Sequence record: MK373778.1
Length of the DNA: 64,000 nt
DNA from: Escherichia phage vB_EcoM_WFbE185
Strand: one strand, 5' to 3'
Shown here: positions 54,054 through 64,000 of the stretch, one piece after another
How positions within the stretch are numbered: the first letter of the stretch is position 1
Layout: the number at the start of each line of letters is the position of its first letter
Program-made: the position numbers and the translations under genes
The notes under the pieces: generated by a model
The model's database searches: none
What the model was told of the DNA's origin: nothing
What the model saw: only the letters and a program-made list of their open reading frames with translations

Positions 54054-54057
54054 AATA
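54050..54057 (+). promoter_or_regulatory. late promoter TATAAATA for gene 51
   Basis: exact octamer 18 nt upstream of ATG. Confidence 0.6.
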
Positions 54058-54074
54058 ATAGAAAAGGAGTAATT

Positions 54075-54827
54075 ATGGCTAATATAATTCGTTGTAAATT
54101 ACCGGATGGTGTTCATCGTTTTAAGCCGTTCACTGTGGCGGATTATAGAGACTTTTTACTAGTTAGAAATGATATCGAACATCGTTCGCCGCAAGAACAA
54201 AAAGAAATAATTGCCGATCTGATTGATGATTATTTTGGCGAGTACCCTAAAACATGGCAACCATTTATATTCCTGCAAGTTTTTGCAGGCTCTATAGGCA
54301 AAACAAAAGTTCCCGTTATTTTCACTTGCCCTAAATGCTCTAAAGAAAAAACTGCACCATTTGAGATATATCAAAAAGAACTAGTCGAACCTGAACTTGA
54401 TGTTGCTGGTATAAAAATACGTTTTTCTTTCCCTGAAAAGTTTTATGACAACAAGGCATTAATGATAAGTGAAAACATAAAAGAAATATATTATAATGAC
54501 AAATGGTACCCATGGAATGATTTGACTGAAGAGAACCAAATCCAAGTAATAGAAGCAATAGACATTGACTCGCTCGAGAAGGTTATTGCTTCTATGAACC
54601 CTATTAATTTGACCCTTAGATTAGGCTGTTGTGAACGACATGTTAAAACATATACTGATATCTTAGAGGTTTTTAAATTGTTAGTTAACCCTGATGAGAT
54701 TTTTACATTCTATCAGATAAACCATTCACTGGTAAAGAGTCAATACACATTGGATTCTATTATGCAAATGATTCCTGTTGAACGTGGTATTGCTTTAACA
54801 TTAGTAGAAAAGGACCATAAAAAATGA
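54075..54827 (+). CDS. 51: gp51 baseplate hub assembly protein
   Basis: 250 aa, synteny. Confidence 0.9.
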   Translation: MANIIRCKLPDGVHRFKPFTVADYRDFLLVRNDIEHRSPQEQKEIIADLIDDYFGEYPKTWQPFIFLQVFAGSIGKTKVPVIFTCPKCSKEKTAPFEIYQKELVEPELDVAGIKIRFSFPEKFYDNKALMISENIKEIYYNDKWYPWNDLTEENQIQVIEAIDIDSLEKVIASMNPINLTLRLGCCERHVKTYTDILEVFKLLVNPDEIFTFYQINHSLVKSQYTLDSIMQMIPVERGIALTLVEKDHKK

Positions 54828-55996
54828 AAGTATTCCAACGTCCAGGATATCCTAACTTAAGCGTTAAATTATACCAAGATTATTCGGCTTGGCAAGAAAA
54901 TAGATACGTTGAACTCGCGGCAACAATAACAACTTTAACCATGCGAGATTCGCTATATGGAAGAAATGAAGGGATTCTTCAATTTTATGACACTAAAAAC
55001 ATCCACACTAAAATGGACGGTAGACAGATAGTTCAAATCTCTGTTTCAAATTCAAACACACCTCTCCAAGTTAGAACTCGAATTTATGGATGCAAACATT
55101 ATTCTGTGTCTGTGGACTCAAAAGGTGACAATATTATTGCAATTGAGCTTGGAACAATACATTCTATAGAGAACCTTAAATTTGGGCGACCATTCTTCCC
55201 AGACGCAGGCGAATCTATACGTGAAATGTTAGGTGTCATATACAAAGACCGTGCGTTAATTACTCCGCCAATAAACACTATTAATGCTTATGTTCCTGAT
55301 ATCCCTTGGACAAGCACATTTGATGATTATTTGGCATATGTCAGAGAATTAGGACTTGCTACAGCGAGTGATAAGTTCGTATTCGTATGGCAAGATATTT
55401 TAGGCGTAAACATGATTGACTACGATACTCTTATTGGTCAGGAAGGCATTAAGATGATTGTAGGCGAGCCAAATACTGTAGGTCAGTATATTCAAGAGCT
55501 TGAGTATCCATTAGTATGGGATTTTACCTGGATGACTAAAGCTAACCAGTTTACAAGAGACCCTATTAAAAACGCCACGATATTCGCCCATTCATTTTTA
55601 GATACATCTATTCCGGTTATTGTTACAGGCGATGGTGATAATGCTATTGTTGTGTCAAGATCCGGTGGATATTCCGAAATGACCTATCGTAATGGATTTG
55701 AAGAAGCAAGTCGTCTTCAGACAATGGCTCAATATGACGGATATGCTAAATGCACTACTACAGGCAATTTTAACATAACTCCTGCTACTAAAATTATATT
55801 TGTTGACCAAAAGAACCAATTCAAATCCGAATTTTACGTCGATGAAGTTATTCATGAGTTATCAAATAACAACTCACAAACTCATCTGTACATGTTTACC
55901 AACTCAATGGTGTTAGAACCTGTTAACCCAGTTAAGGTTAAAAATGAACTTAAATCTGATTCTACCTCTAAAGAAAATAATTCTACCACAGTCTAA
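54824..55996 (+). CDS. 27: gp27 baseplate hub protein
   Basis: 390 aa, synteny. Confidence 0.95.
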   Translation: MKVFQRPGYPNLSVKLYQDYSAWQENRYVELAATITTLTMRDSLYGRNEGILQFYDTKNIHTKMDGRQIVQISVSNSNTPLQVRTRIYGCKHYSVSVDSKGDNIIAIELGTIHSIENLKFGRPFFPDAGESIREMLGVIYKDRALITPPINTINAYVPDIPWTSTFDDYLAYVRELGLATASDKFVFVWQDILGVNMIDYDTLIGQEGIKMIVGEPNTVGQYIQELEYPLVWDFTWMTKANQFTRDPIKNATIFAHSFLDTSIPVIVTGDGDNAIVVSRSGGYSEMTYRNGFEEASRLQTMAQYDGYAKCTTTGNFNITPATKIIFVDQKNQFKSEFYVDEVIHELSNNNSQTHLYMFTNSMVLEPVNPVKVKNELKSDSTSKENNSTTV

Positions 55997-56477
55997 TAAA
56001 AAGGTAATGATTCCTAAATTAGGGCTCAAACATTATAATCTTTTAAAGGACGTTAAAGGTCCTGATGAAAACATGAAAATCTTAGCTGATTCTATTTGTA
56101 AAAATATGAGCCCAGCAGATTTTGATTTTGCATGTCTACACATATTGGAATTTAATAACAAACTTAAGTCTGAAGTTGAAAAAGACGGATTCACATATAA
56201 ACTAGATGACGTCTATGTATGCCAACGAACAGAATTCCAATTCCAAGGCAATACCTTTTATTTTAGACCTCCAGGCAAATTTGAACAATTCGCTACAATC
56301 AGTGAAATGCTATCAAATTGCTTAATAAAAGTTAATGACGAAGAGAAAGAAATTTCTTTCCTTGAGATGCCTGCTTTTGTAATCAAATGGGCAGAAGACC
56401 TTTCGACAACTATTGCTATTCCAGGCCCTAATGGCCCTATTAAGGGTATAGCAGAAATTATTGGATTGCTTGAATGA
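55944..56477 (+). CDS. 28: gp28 baseplate hub distal subunit
   Basis: 177 aa, overlaps gene 27 end. Confidence 0.9.
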   Translation: MNLNLILPLKKIILPQSNKKVMIPKLGLKHYNLLKDVKGPDENMKILADSICKNMSPADFDFACLHILEFNNKLKSEVEKDGFTYKLDDVYVCQRTEFQFQGNTFYFRPPGKFEQFATISEMLSNCLIKVNDEEKEISFLEMPAFVIKWAEDLSTTIAIPGPNGPIKGIAEIIGLLE

Positions 56478-58246
56478 AACCTGAAGAAATGAAATCCATG
56501 CGTAGAAATAAGGTCATTGCCGATAATAAACCACAAAAAGTAGCTGCAACAGCAGCTACCGATTCATTAGAAGCATTGAATGACATTTCATCAAAACTAG
56601 ACGATGTCCAAGCCGCGTCTGAACTCACATCACAAAGTGTAGAAGATAAAGGCAATGGAATTATTGAATCAATTGGAGACTTAAAGAATTCGACAGATAA
56701 TACTGCTGAAGGCACAGAGCTTATCGCAGAAGTTATTGAAAAACAAACTGAAGTCACTAAAAGTATAAACGAAGTTTCTAGTGCAATAAGCTCTAAGTTA
56801 GACCGATTAGCTACATTATTAGAGCAAAAATTACAAACATCTACCGCTATTCAAAATACAGGAGGCACCTCTCTTGAAGTAATTGAGAACGCAATACCTG
56901 TTAAAGTGGTTGAGAATGAAACTTCTGACGAGTTGTTTAAAGCATTACCTACACCTGAAAAGATTGATAATAAGCCAGACGAAGATTTCTTCCCGGCCCC
57001 GGTTCAAGAAAGTGCTAATTCTACTTCCGATTCTAAAGGCGGAATTAGCTTTAAATTGAGTGATAAAATTGCAATGCTCACCAAAACAGTTCAAACCGGG
57101 TTTAATAAATCAATATCAATTTCAGACAGAATTGCTGGAATGCTTTTCAAATACACTATAACGGCTGCTATTGAAGCAGCAAAAATGGCCGCACTTATTC
57201 TTGGTATTGTTATCGGTATTGATTTATTGATAGTCCATTTCAAATATTGGACAGACAAGTTCACTTCTGCCTGGGATTTATTTGATGAAAACTTTACTAA
57301 ATTCTCCGATGAAGCTAAAGAGTGGGGTAAATTCTTAAGTGATATATTCACTTCTATTGACTCGATAAAACAAATGTGGGAAGCTGGAGACTGGGGTGGT
57401 TTAACCGTTGCTATTGTCAAAGGTGTAGGAACAGCATTAATGAACTTAGGTGAACTAATTCAATTAGGAATGGCTAAACTCTCCGCGTCTATATTGCGTG
57501 CTATAGGTTTTGGCGATACCGCGGACGAAATAGAAGGACGTGCTTTAGAAGGATTCCAAGAAACTACTGGGAACAAATTAAAGAAAGAAGACCAAGAGAA
57601 AGTCGCTAAATATCAAATGAAACGTGACGATGGGGAATTAGGAACCGTTTCTAAAGGTCTTGATATGTTACAACGCGGCAAAACATTCGTTACTAACTGG
57701 GTTCGTGGTAATGACAATAAAGAAGAGTTTAGTACAAGTGATGAGCGCGCTGCGGAATCAGCAAAATTAAAAGAGTTACCTGAAGAGGAACGTAAAGAGG
57801 CGTACATAAAAGCGAATGAAACTCGTGCCGCACTGGTTAGATTTGAGGATTATATCGATAAAATCGATATGACTAATCCAGAAAATGCTAAAAACGTCGA
57901 GAAGTCTTATGCTGATTTAAGTAAACTTATTAAAGACCCTGAACTTAATAAAACTCCTGTTGTTAAAAAGGAAATAGATGCTAGATTTGAAAAGCTAAAT
58001 AATAAAATGGCTGAAGCCAAAAAGGCTCAGACTACAGTTAAGCCTGAATCTTCGTCTAAATCTCCGGAAGCAAAACAAGTTCAGTCAATAGAGAAAGGAC
58101 GTGCTTCTGAATCTAAACAACAGCAACCGGTAGCGGCGATTAGTAACACAAATAATGTCGTCAAAAAGAATACCGTAGTCCAGAATATGACCCCTGTAAC
58201 AAGTACAACGGCTCCTGGAATTTTCCATGCCACCGGTGTTAATTAA
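56474..58246 (+). CDS. 29: gp29 tail length tape measure / hub protein
   Basis: 590 aa, synteny. Confidence 0.95.
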   Translation: MKPEEMKSMRRNKVIADNKPQKVAATAATDSLEALNDISSKLDDVQAASELTSQSVEDKGNGIIESIGDLKNSTDNTAEGTELIAEVIEKQTEVTKSINEVSSAISSKLDRLATLLEQKLQTSTAIQNTGGTSLEVIENAIPVKVVENETSDELFKALPTPEKIDNKPDEDFFPAPVQESANSTSDSKGGISFKLSDKIAMLTKTVQTGFNKSISISDRIAGMLFKYTITAAIEAAKMAALILGIVIGIDLLIVHFKYWTDKFTSAWDLFDENFTKFSDEAKEWGKFLSDIFTSIDSIKQMWEAGDWGGLTVAIVKGVGTALMNLGELIQLGMAKLSASILRAIGFGDTADEIEGRALEGFQETTGNKLKKEDQEKVAKYQMKRDDGELGTVSKGLDMLQRGKTFVTNWVRGNDNKEEFSTSDERAAESAKLKELPEEERKEAYIKANETRAALVRFEDYIDKIDMTNPENAKNVEKSYADLSKLIKDPELNKTPVVKKEIDARFEKLNNKMAEAKKAQTTVKPESSSKSPEAKQVQSIEKGRASESKQQQPVAAISNTNNVVKKNTVVQNMTPVTSTTAPGIFHATGVN

Positions 58247-58254
58247 GGATTATT

Positions 58255-59364
58255 ATGATTAGTGTAAAAGAAATAGTAGTAGATGCAAAGGATTTAAATA
58301 AAGCAATCCCAGTCTCAGAAAGTGCTGGGCAAAGCACTAAAACCGAAACAACTACTAAAACTTATGTTGCTCAATTTCCTACAGGAAGAGCAGCCGGAAA
58401 TGACTCCACAGGAGACTTCCAGGTAACAGACCTTTATAAGAATGGATTATTATTTACCGCGTACAATATGTCTGCACGCGATTCAGGATCCCTCAGGAAT
58501 TTACGTCCGGCATATGCCGGTACTTCATCTAATGGTATCATATCAGATTTAACCGATAATGTGAAAGATGCAGTGACTAAATTCTCTAATGGATTGCTTC
58601 CTGCCGGGGCTAATAAATCTACTATAAATAAAACTCCTGTTGCTAATATACTTTTGCCACGTTCCAAATCTGATGTCGATACAACTTCGCATCGTTTTAA
58701 TGATATCGGTGATAGCCTTATTACTAAAGGTGGAGGTACTGCTACGGGTGTTTTAAGTAACATTGCTTCTACTGCAGTCTTTGGTGCATTAGATTCTATT
58801 ACTCAAGGGCTTATGGCTGATAATAACGAACAGATTTATACGACTTCTCGTAGTATGTACGGTGGTGCTGAGAACCGTACCAAAGTCTTTACATGGGATT
58901 TAACTCCGCGTTCAACTGAAGACCTTATGGCTATTATAAACATTTACCAGTATTTTAACTATTTCTCATATGGTGAGACCGGTAAATCACAGTACGCCCA
59001 AGAGATTAAAAGTTATTTAGACGAATGGTACCGTTCAACGTTTATTGAGCCTATGACGCCAGATGATGCAGTAAAAAATAAGACATTGTTTGAAAAGATT
59101 ACTGCGTCATTAACAAATGTATTAGTTGTAAGCAACCCTACAATTTGGATGGTTAAAAACTTTGGTTATACGTCTAAATTTGATGGATTAACTGACGTAT
59201 TTGGTCCATGCCAAATTCAAAGCGTACGTTTTGATAAAACTCCAAATGGACAATTTAATGGTCTTGCTGTTGCTCCTAACTTACCATCAACATTTACGTT
59301 AGAGATAACAATGCGAGAAATTATTACATTAAACCGTTCTTCACTTTATGCGGGGACTTTCTAA
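58255..59364 (+). CDS. 48: gp48 baseplate-tail tube junction protein
   Basis: 369 aa, synteny. Confidence 0.95.
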   Translation: MISVKEIVVDAKDLNKAIPVSESAGQSTKTETTTKTYVAQFPTGRAAGNDSTGDFQVTDLYKNGLLFTAYNMSARDSGSLRNLRPAYAGTSSNGIISDLTDNVKDAVTKFSNGLLPAGANKSTINKTPVANILLPRSKSDVDTTSHRFNDIGDSLITKGGGTATGVLSNIASTAVFGALDSITQGLMADNNEQIYTTSRSMYGGAENRTKVFTWDLTPRSTEDLMAIINIYQYFNYFSYGETGKSQYAQEIKSYLDEWYRSTFIEPMTPDDAVKNKTLFEKITASLTNVLVVSNPTIWMVKNFGYTSKFDGLTDVFGPCQIQSVRFDKTPNGQFNGLAVAPNLPSTFTLEITMREIITLNRSSLYAGTF

Positions 59365-60326
59365 TGTACTCTTTAGAAGAATTTAATAACCAAGCTATAA
59401 ATGCAGATTTCCAACGAAACAATATGTTTAGTTGTGTATTTGCTACTACACCATCAACCAAATCGTCTTCACTAATTTCGTCAATTGGTAGTTTTGCTTA
59501 TAATAACTTAGGGTTGGATTCAGATTGGCTAGGATTGTCTCAAGGTGATATCAATCAGGGCGTAACAACCCTGATTACAGCAGGAACACAGAAATTAATT
59601 CGAAAATCAGGTATAAGTAAATATCTGATTGGAGCAATGAGTCAACGTACGGTACAAAGCTTGTTAGGTGAGTTCACAGTAGGAACTTATCTGATAGACT
59701 TCTTCAATATGGCATATAATAATACAGGTTTAATGATTTATTCTGTAAAAATGCCTGAGAACCGATTATCTTATGAAACGGACTTCAACTATAACTCCCC
59801 GAACATCCGAATTACCGGTCGTGAAATGGACCCGTTAGTAATAAGCTTTAGAATGGATTCCGAAGCATCTAACTTTAGAGCAATGCAAGACTGGGTAAAC
59901 TCAGTCCAAGACCCTGTAACAGGTCTTCGTGCTTTACCACAAGACGTCGAAGCAGATATTCAGGTTAATTTACACGCACGAAATGGTTTACCACATACCG
60001 CTGTCATGTTCACAGGATGTATTCCTGTTAGTGTCTCTTCTCCTGAGTTAACGTATGATGGTGATAATCAGATAACAGTTTTTGATGTAACATTTGCTTA
60101 TCGCGTTATGCAATCAGGTGCTGTAAATAGACAGGCTGCTTTAGAATGGCTGGAATCAGGACTTATTAGTAGTGTTTCAGGAATGTTTGGAAATAATCAG
60201 AATGATTCTGGGCTAGGAAGTGCAGTATCAAGACTTTCTAGATTAGGTGGGACTGCTGGTGGCGTGTCTAATATAAACACACTGACAGGTGTGGTGAATT
60301 CTGCGTCAAGAGTTTTAGGACTATAA
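59364..60326 (+). CDS. 54: gp54 baseplate tail tube initiator
   Basis: 320 aa, synteny. Confidence 0.95.
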   Translation: MYSLEEFNNQAINADFQRNNMFSCVFATTPSTKSSSLISSIGSFAYNNLGLDSDWLGLSQGDINQGVTTLITAGTQKLIRKSGISKYLIGAMSQRTVQSLLGEFTVGTYLIDFFNMAYNNTGLMIYSVKMPENRLSYETDFNYNSPNIRITGREMDPLVISFRMDSEASNFRAMQDWVNSVQDPVTGLRALPQDVEADIQVNLHARNGLPHTAVMFTGCIPVSVSSPELTYDGDNQITVFDVTFAYRVMQSGAVNRQAALEWLESGLISSVSGMFGNNQNDSGLGSAVSRLSRLGGTAGGVSNINTLTGVVNSASRVLGL

Positions 60327-60331
60327 GAAAA

Positions 60332-60350
60332 AGGGAGACAACGTCTCCCT
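60332..60350. terminator. bidirectional terminator hairpin
   Basis: agggagacaacgtctccct; T-run on minus side. Confidence 0.6.
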
Positions 60351-60358
60351 TTAGGGGT

Positions 60359-60652
60359 TTATTTACGGAATGAAAGGAATGCTGGTGCTCGGAATGGAGT
60401 ATCATCTTTAGAGTATTTAACTAATACGACCATTGGTACCTCTGTTTCTAAATGACCTGTCACTACACCGATAAAAATTTGATCAGTGTGCTCAGGGTCA
60501 CGAAAGTTTTTAAGAGGTTCCATAGCAATATGGAATGCACCTGGGAATACTCGATTCAATTCGTCAATCACAGCTTCGTTAAAAACATCATCCGCTGGGA
60601 TAGCATCTTCAACTACTAGTTCTTGACCATTAAAGCGAAGCATAGATTTCAT
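60359..60652 (-). CDS. hypothetical protein downstream of alt
   Basis: ORF track 60359..60691 (GTG); ATG at 60652 with GAGGA SD. Confidence 0.6.
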   Translation of the reverse strand: MKSMLRFNGQELVVEDAIPADDVFNEAVIDELNRVFPGAFHIAMEPLKNFRDPEHTDQIFIGVVTGHLETEVPMVVLVKYSKDDTPFRAPAFLSFRK

Positions 60653-60681
60653 AACGTTTTCCTCATGTTGTTGATGGGATG

Positions 60682-60711
60682 ATAGTATCACACATCCATG
60701 TGTTTGTAAAC
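60682..60711 (-). promoter_or_regulatory. early promoter (-35 GTTTAC, -10 TACTAT)
   Basis: GTTTACaaacacatggatgtgtgaTACTAT. Confidence 0.5.
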
Positions 60712-62798
60712 TATCCTTGGATAAATTTAAACGGAACTGATTCTAAATCCATTAAAGATGCTAACAATTTCAAACCTTTAGGTGCACTAGTTTTTTCTAC
60801 AAATGAGGCAAAAGATACCGGCTCATCTGATTCGATTTCACCCGTCATAGCAACTACCTCGCCTGTTTCCATGAGAACATCACCATCGTAAATGACAGCT
60901 TCGTCCAACTGGTCCGAGGACATGACTTCAGCTTGAATAAATTTAAGGTTGGATTCTAAACCTGCACCAGTGTCAGATGACGCATCTGTAATTTTATTTA
61001 TCTGCAAGAGAATGCCTCTAGGCAAAATAATTTCTTGCTCATTAGGGTGATTACTCAACTGACCCGGATAAATCACGTTAACTTTATGGGCGCCATCAAT
61101 AGCCCATCCAACGTTAACACGGATTTGTTCTGGTGCATGCATAGCTGTTCTTACTTGACTAGGAGAAATAGTAACACCTTCGTCGTTATTGTCAATGTTA
61201 AGCTCTTTGCGAACTTCTTCAGGAGCAAGTCCAAGGGCAACGTTCTCTTTAAACCCACCGAAAATAATAGGAGCTAGTGAAGTGGAAACATAGTTTCTGA
61301 AATAGAATACCTTATTTTTAACCATTGCTTCGTAAATAGGCATTCTGATAGACTGAGCTCTATATAACGTTAGTCCTTCAGGTAAACGGTCTCCATTTAA
61401 AAACGCCGAATCAAGACCATCAATAGCGCGTTTAACTTCATCTTCATCCGCAACATCGTAAAAATCTGGTTTATAACGACCTAACAACATATTATTGATA
61501 TCTGTATATGCAGAAGAGGCATATTCACGAATAGCTCGTTTTTCAGAAACAGAGTATTGTTTAGGGTCCCGATTCATTGTTATATTAAAGGTGCCTCTAG
61601 CCGATTCTCGGGCATAAGTATACATCACATTAGACAAGAACGCTGATTTACGTTGTTTCCAAGTTCTTTCAGATACTTCAGCTAAAACGTCGTCAGGCAG
61701 TTGGAAATTATCACGTCTAAAATCTTCAAACCATTCGTCTTTAATAGAGTCTGCAATTTCATTTGCAGCTTCAACAAAAGCAGCTAATGCTTTAACAGAT
61801 GTTGTTTTTTCGGTTTTAATTTTCTTAGCAAACTTTTCTAAAGTCGGCTTAATAACACCACCATAAGAAACTTCATCAGCAAATTTAAAGGATTCATCAA
61901 TACGATTATAAATCTTATTTTCGATATCAGCAACTAAAGTGCCTTTTGCTGTGGACGACGCTTGGGCTAGTACTATTTCATATGCTTCAGGAAGTAATTC
62001 GGCTGTAGCTGGGCCACTAACTTCTTTAGCAGAATTTTCATATTTCTGGAATAACTCACCTTCTTGTCGGTCCGCTTCTAAAGATTGACTTGCTGCAATA
62101 GCACGACGAGAAATTTTAGTACGAGCAATAACAGGCTTATCTTTACGTTTTTCTTCTACAGCAGCAATAGAACCAGCGATAGCCGTTTCTTTGGTGACCT
62201 TTTCGCCGGTCTTTTTACTAACATAAACTTCGCCAACATCAGAATCTACTTTCGTGTACAACTCTGTGTTAATGTTAGGGATGCCTTTAATATCTTCAAT
62301 GTTGGCATTTTTACGAACCATCATCACATAGGTGTGTTTACCTGTGAATTGATACATTGCCGACAATACTTTAAAACGACCACCGGTTTTAGTAGAAACT
62401 AAACGAGCAAGAAGAGTTTGAAGCTGTTGTCCACGTCCTTTCAATTTCTTGGTAGGGAATCGGAACAGAACTGCATCCATACGAAGAGCTTTAACTTGTT
62501 CATATACTGTATTGAAAATGGTGTTGATTGCATCAATAGGAGCAGGACCAAGGCCATTTTTCAATTCAGCGAGATTACCCTTTTCAGACAGACTCATAAT
62601 AACAACATGAGCGTATTTATCGCCGAGTTTAACTTGTTTTACAGCATCGCCTTCGGAAAGGTAAGAGAATAAACGAACTACAATATTTGTATCGATATCA
62701 CCAATTTTCCAGACTTGTGGAACTTTAGCTTTAGGGTTCAAATTGACGACAGGAAGACTGCCTTCAGATTCAAACACTTCATTTAATTGTTCAGACAT
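60711..62798 (-). CDS. alt: Alt, packaged ADP-ribosyltransferase
   Basis: 695 aa; position between 54 and DNA ligase; size as T4 Alt. Confidence 0.9.
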   Translation of the reverse strand: MSEQLNEVFESEGSLPVVNLNPKAKVPQVWKIGDIDTNIVVRLFSYLSEGDAVKQVKLGDKYAHVVIMSLSEKGNLAELKNGLGPAPIDAINTIFNTVYEQVKALRMDAVLFRFPTKKLKGRGQQLQTLLARLVSTKTGGRFKVLSAMYQFTGKHTYVMMVRKNANIEDIKGIPNINTELYTKVDSDVGEVYVSKKTGEKVTKETAIAGSIAAVEEKRKDKPVIARTKISRRAIAASQSLEADRQEGELFQKYENSAKEVSGPATAELLPEAYEIVLAQASSTAKGTLVADIENKIYNRIDESFKFADEVSYGGVIKPTLEKFAKKIKTEKTTSVKALAAFVEAANEIADSIKDEWFEDFRRDNFQLPDDVLAEVSERTWKQRKSAFLSNVMYTYARESARGTFNITMNRDPKQYSVSEKRAIREYASSAYTDINNMLLGRYKPDFYDVADEDEVKRAIDGLDSAFLNGDRLPEGLTLYRAQSIRMPIYEAMVKNKVFYFRNYVSTSLAPIIFGGFKENVALGLAPEEVRKELNIDNNDEGVTISPSQVRTAMHAPEQIRVNVGWAIDGAHKVNVIYPGQLSNHPNEQEIILPRGILLQINKITDASSDTGAGLESNLKFIQAEVMSSDQLDEAVIYDGDVLMETGEVVAMTGEIESDEPVSFASFVEKTSAPKGLKLLASLMDLESVPFKFIQG

Positions 62799-62837
62799 AG
62801 TGTTTTCCTTTTAGTAATAATTTATATTTATGCCAAA

Positions 62838-62855
62838 AAGAGCCCGAAGGCTCTT
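62838..62855 (-). terminator. intrinsic terminator upstream of alt
   Basis: aagagcccgaaggctctt then T-run on minus strand. Confidence 0.55.
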
Positions 62856-63042
62856 AATCCACAATCGGAAGCAAAGTACGATAAACTTCAAAATTAGAGC
62901 CTTTTTCGTACTTATCGAAATTGTCCATAAAAATATGATAGGAATCGTTATTAGGAAAATCTAATATAATCTGAGAGCAAGAGGTGGAAACATCTCCACC
63001 ATCCTTCTTAGCTACAATAACTGTTTCTAAATAAGCTTTCAT
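62854..63042 (-). CDS. hypothetical small protein between DNA ligase and alt
   Basis: ORF track 62854..63063; ATG at 63042 forms TAATG overlap with ligase stop. Confidence 0.55.
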   Translation of the reverse strand: MKAYLETVIVAKKDGGDVSTSCSQIILDFPNNDSYHIFMDNFDKYEKGSNFEVYRTLLPIVD

Positions 63043-64000
63043 TATAAACCTGTCTGGGACCACGGTCCAAATACGTCTTCAAACGAATCCGCTTCTGTTT
63101 TATCAAAACGGAACCCTTTAATAATTGGAAGGAAAATACCTACAGTACCTTCACGGCCTTTAGAATGAACCCAACCATTACATTCACAATCAGCGATACG
63201 TCCAATTAATTTACCTTCACGAGCTTCGGTCATTAATCGTTCACGGTCTAAATCATGACGCTCGTCTAAAGGAATAAGAACCTTTACACCGTCAACTGTT
63301 TTATGAGTTGTATCTTTAAAACCTGAACCACAATCGGTTGTAATACGACGACAACGTGATACGAGTTCGACACCACCTAATTTGTTAGGGTCTTTAGAGT
63401 GTTCATAGTATCCTACAACTTCTAAAGCGATATCAATAACTTCTTTAAATTTAATTAGGTTCTTAGAGCGTTTGTTTTCCCAATATGAATCACGGTTTTT
63501 AAGAATAATACCTTCAAGACCTTGGTCAACATATTTTTTATAAACCACTTTAGCTTCGTCAAGATTACGAACTAACTGATTTTCAATTGGCTCAATTCGC
63601 TTAAAGCCTTCAGCCATATTTTCAAGAGCAGCAAAACGAACATCGTATTTCTGACCTTTAATTTTGCCATCAGAATAGACTTCATCTAAAGGAACATAGT
63701 CCCAGGCTTGAAGAACAATACCTTCAGCTTCTTTAGGAGAAATAGTCCCTTGAAGAGATTTATTTGCTAAACCGTTTGAAGTGCTACGGTCCGCAACTTG
63801 TACTTCTTCGGATTCTTCATTATCACCAAATAAGAACGACAGGTCATTTCCTGAGCTCACAGCCTTTTTAATATCAAATGAATGGTAAACTAATTCACCG
63901 TCGATTAAAACCCCATTAGGGTGTCTTTCACGAGCTTCTTTAGTCATTTCCATTAGTTCATCCGCTAATAGAGTAAGACCATGATATTCGTTGCCGGCAC
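63042..64000 (-). CDS. 30: DNA ligase, C-terminal part (5' end outside window)
   Basis: frame open to window edge; LMEMTKEARERHPNGVLIDGELVYH ... ECNGW matches T4 ligase as remembered. Confidence 0.9.
   Translation of the reverse strand, partial: AGNEYHGLTLLADELMEMTKEARERHPNGVLIDGELVYHSFDIKKAVSSGNDLSFLFGDNEESEEVQVADRSTSNGLANKSLQGTISPKEAEGIVLQAWDYVPLDEVYSDGKIKGQKYDVRFAALENMAEGFKRIEPIENQLVRNLDEAKVVYKKYVDQGLEGIILKNRDSYWENKRSKNLIKFKEVIDIALEVVGYYEHSKDPNKLGGVELVSRCRRITTDCGSGFKDTTHKTVDGVKVLIPLDERHDLDRERLMTEAREGKLIGRIADCECNGWVHSKGREGTVGIFLPIIKGFRFDKTEADSFEDVFGPWSQTGL

Overview
This window is a T4-like (Tequatrovirus) phage genome segment; every gene assignment below comes from reading the translated ORFs against remembered T4 proteins and gene order, not from a database search. 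Left arm (1-16086, all minus strand): internal-protein genes, denV, lysozyme e, nudE, a roughly 7 kb block of small accessory ORFs with their own early promoters, two tRNAs, more accessory ORFs, then 57B, 57A, 1, 3, 2, 4. Centre (16148-44705, plus strand): late structural cluster 53, 5, 5.1, 5.4, 6-12, wac, 13-20, 67, 68, 21, 22, 23. Right arm (44758-64000): one antisense early ORF where T4 has segD, then 24, rnlB, two small ORFs, hoc, inh, uvsW, uvsW.1, uvsY, 25, 26, 51, 27, 28, 29, 48, 54, alt and the 3' part of DNA ligase (30). Core late proteins look near-identical to T4; the novelty is in the accessory regions. Main hunt results: six genes with a capsid-targeting leader (injected internal proteins), a recurring palindromic early-promoter cassette, a C-terminal F-I-x-E-C-R motif shared by four neighbouring ORFs, a tandem paralog triplet, and a Hoc with a duplicated Ig-like domain. 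No CRISPR array, rRNA, transposase or homing endonuclease was recognised. Hand-counted coordinates for promoters, terminators and tRNAs may be off by 1-2 nt; CDS coordinates are tied to the ORF track frames.
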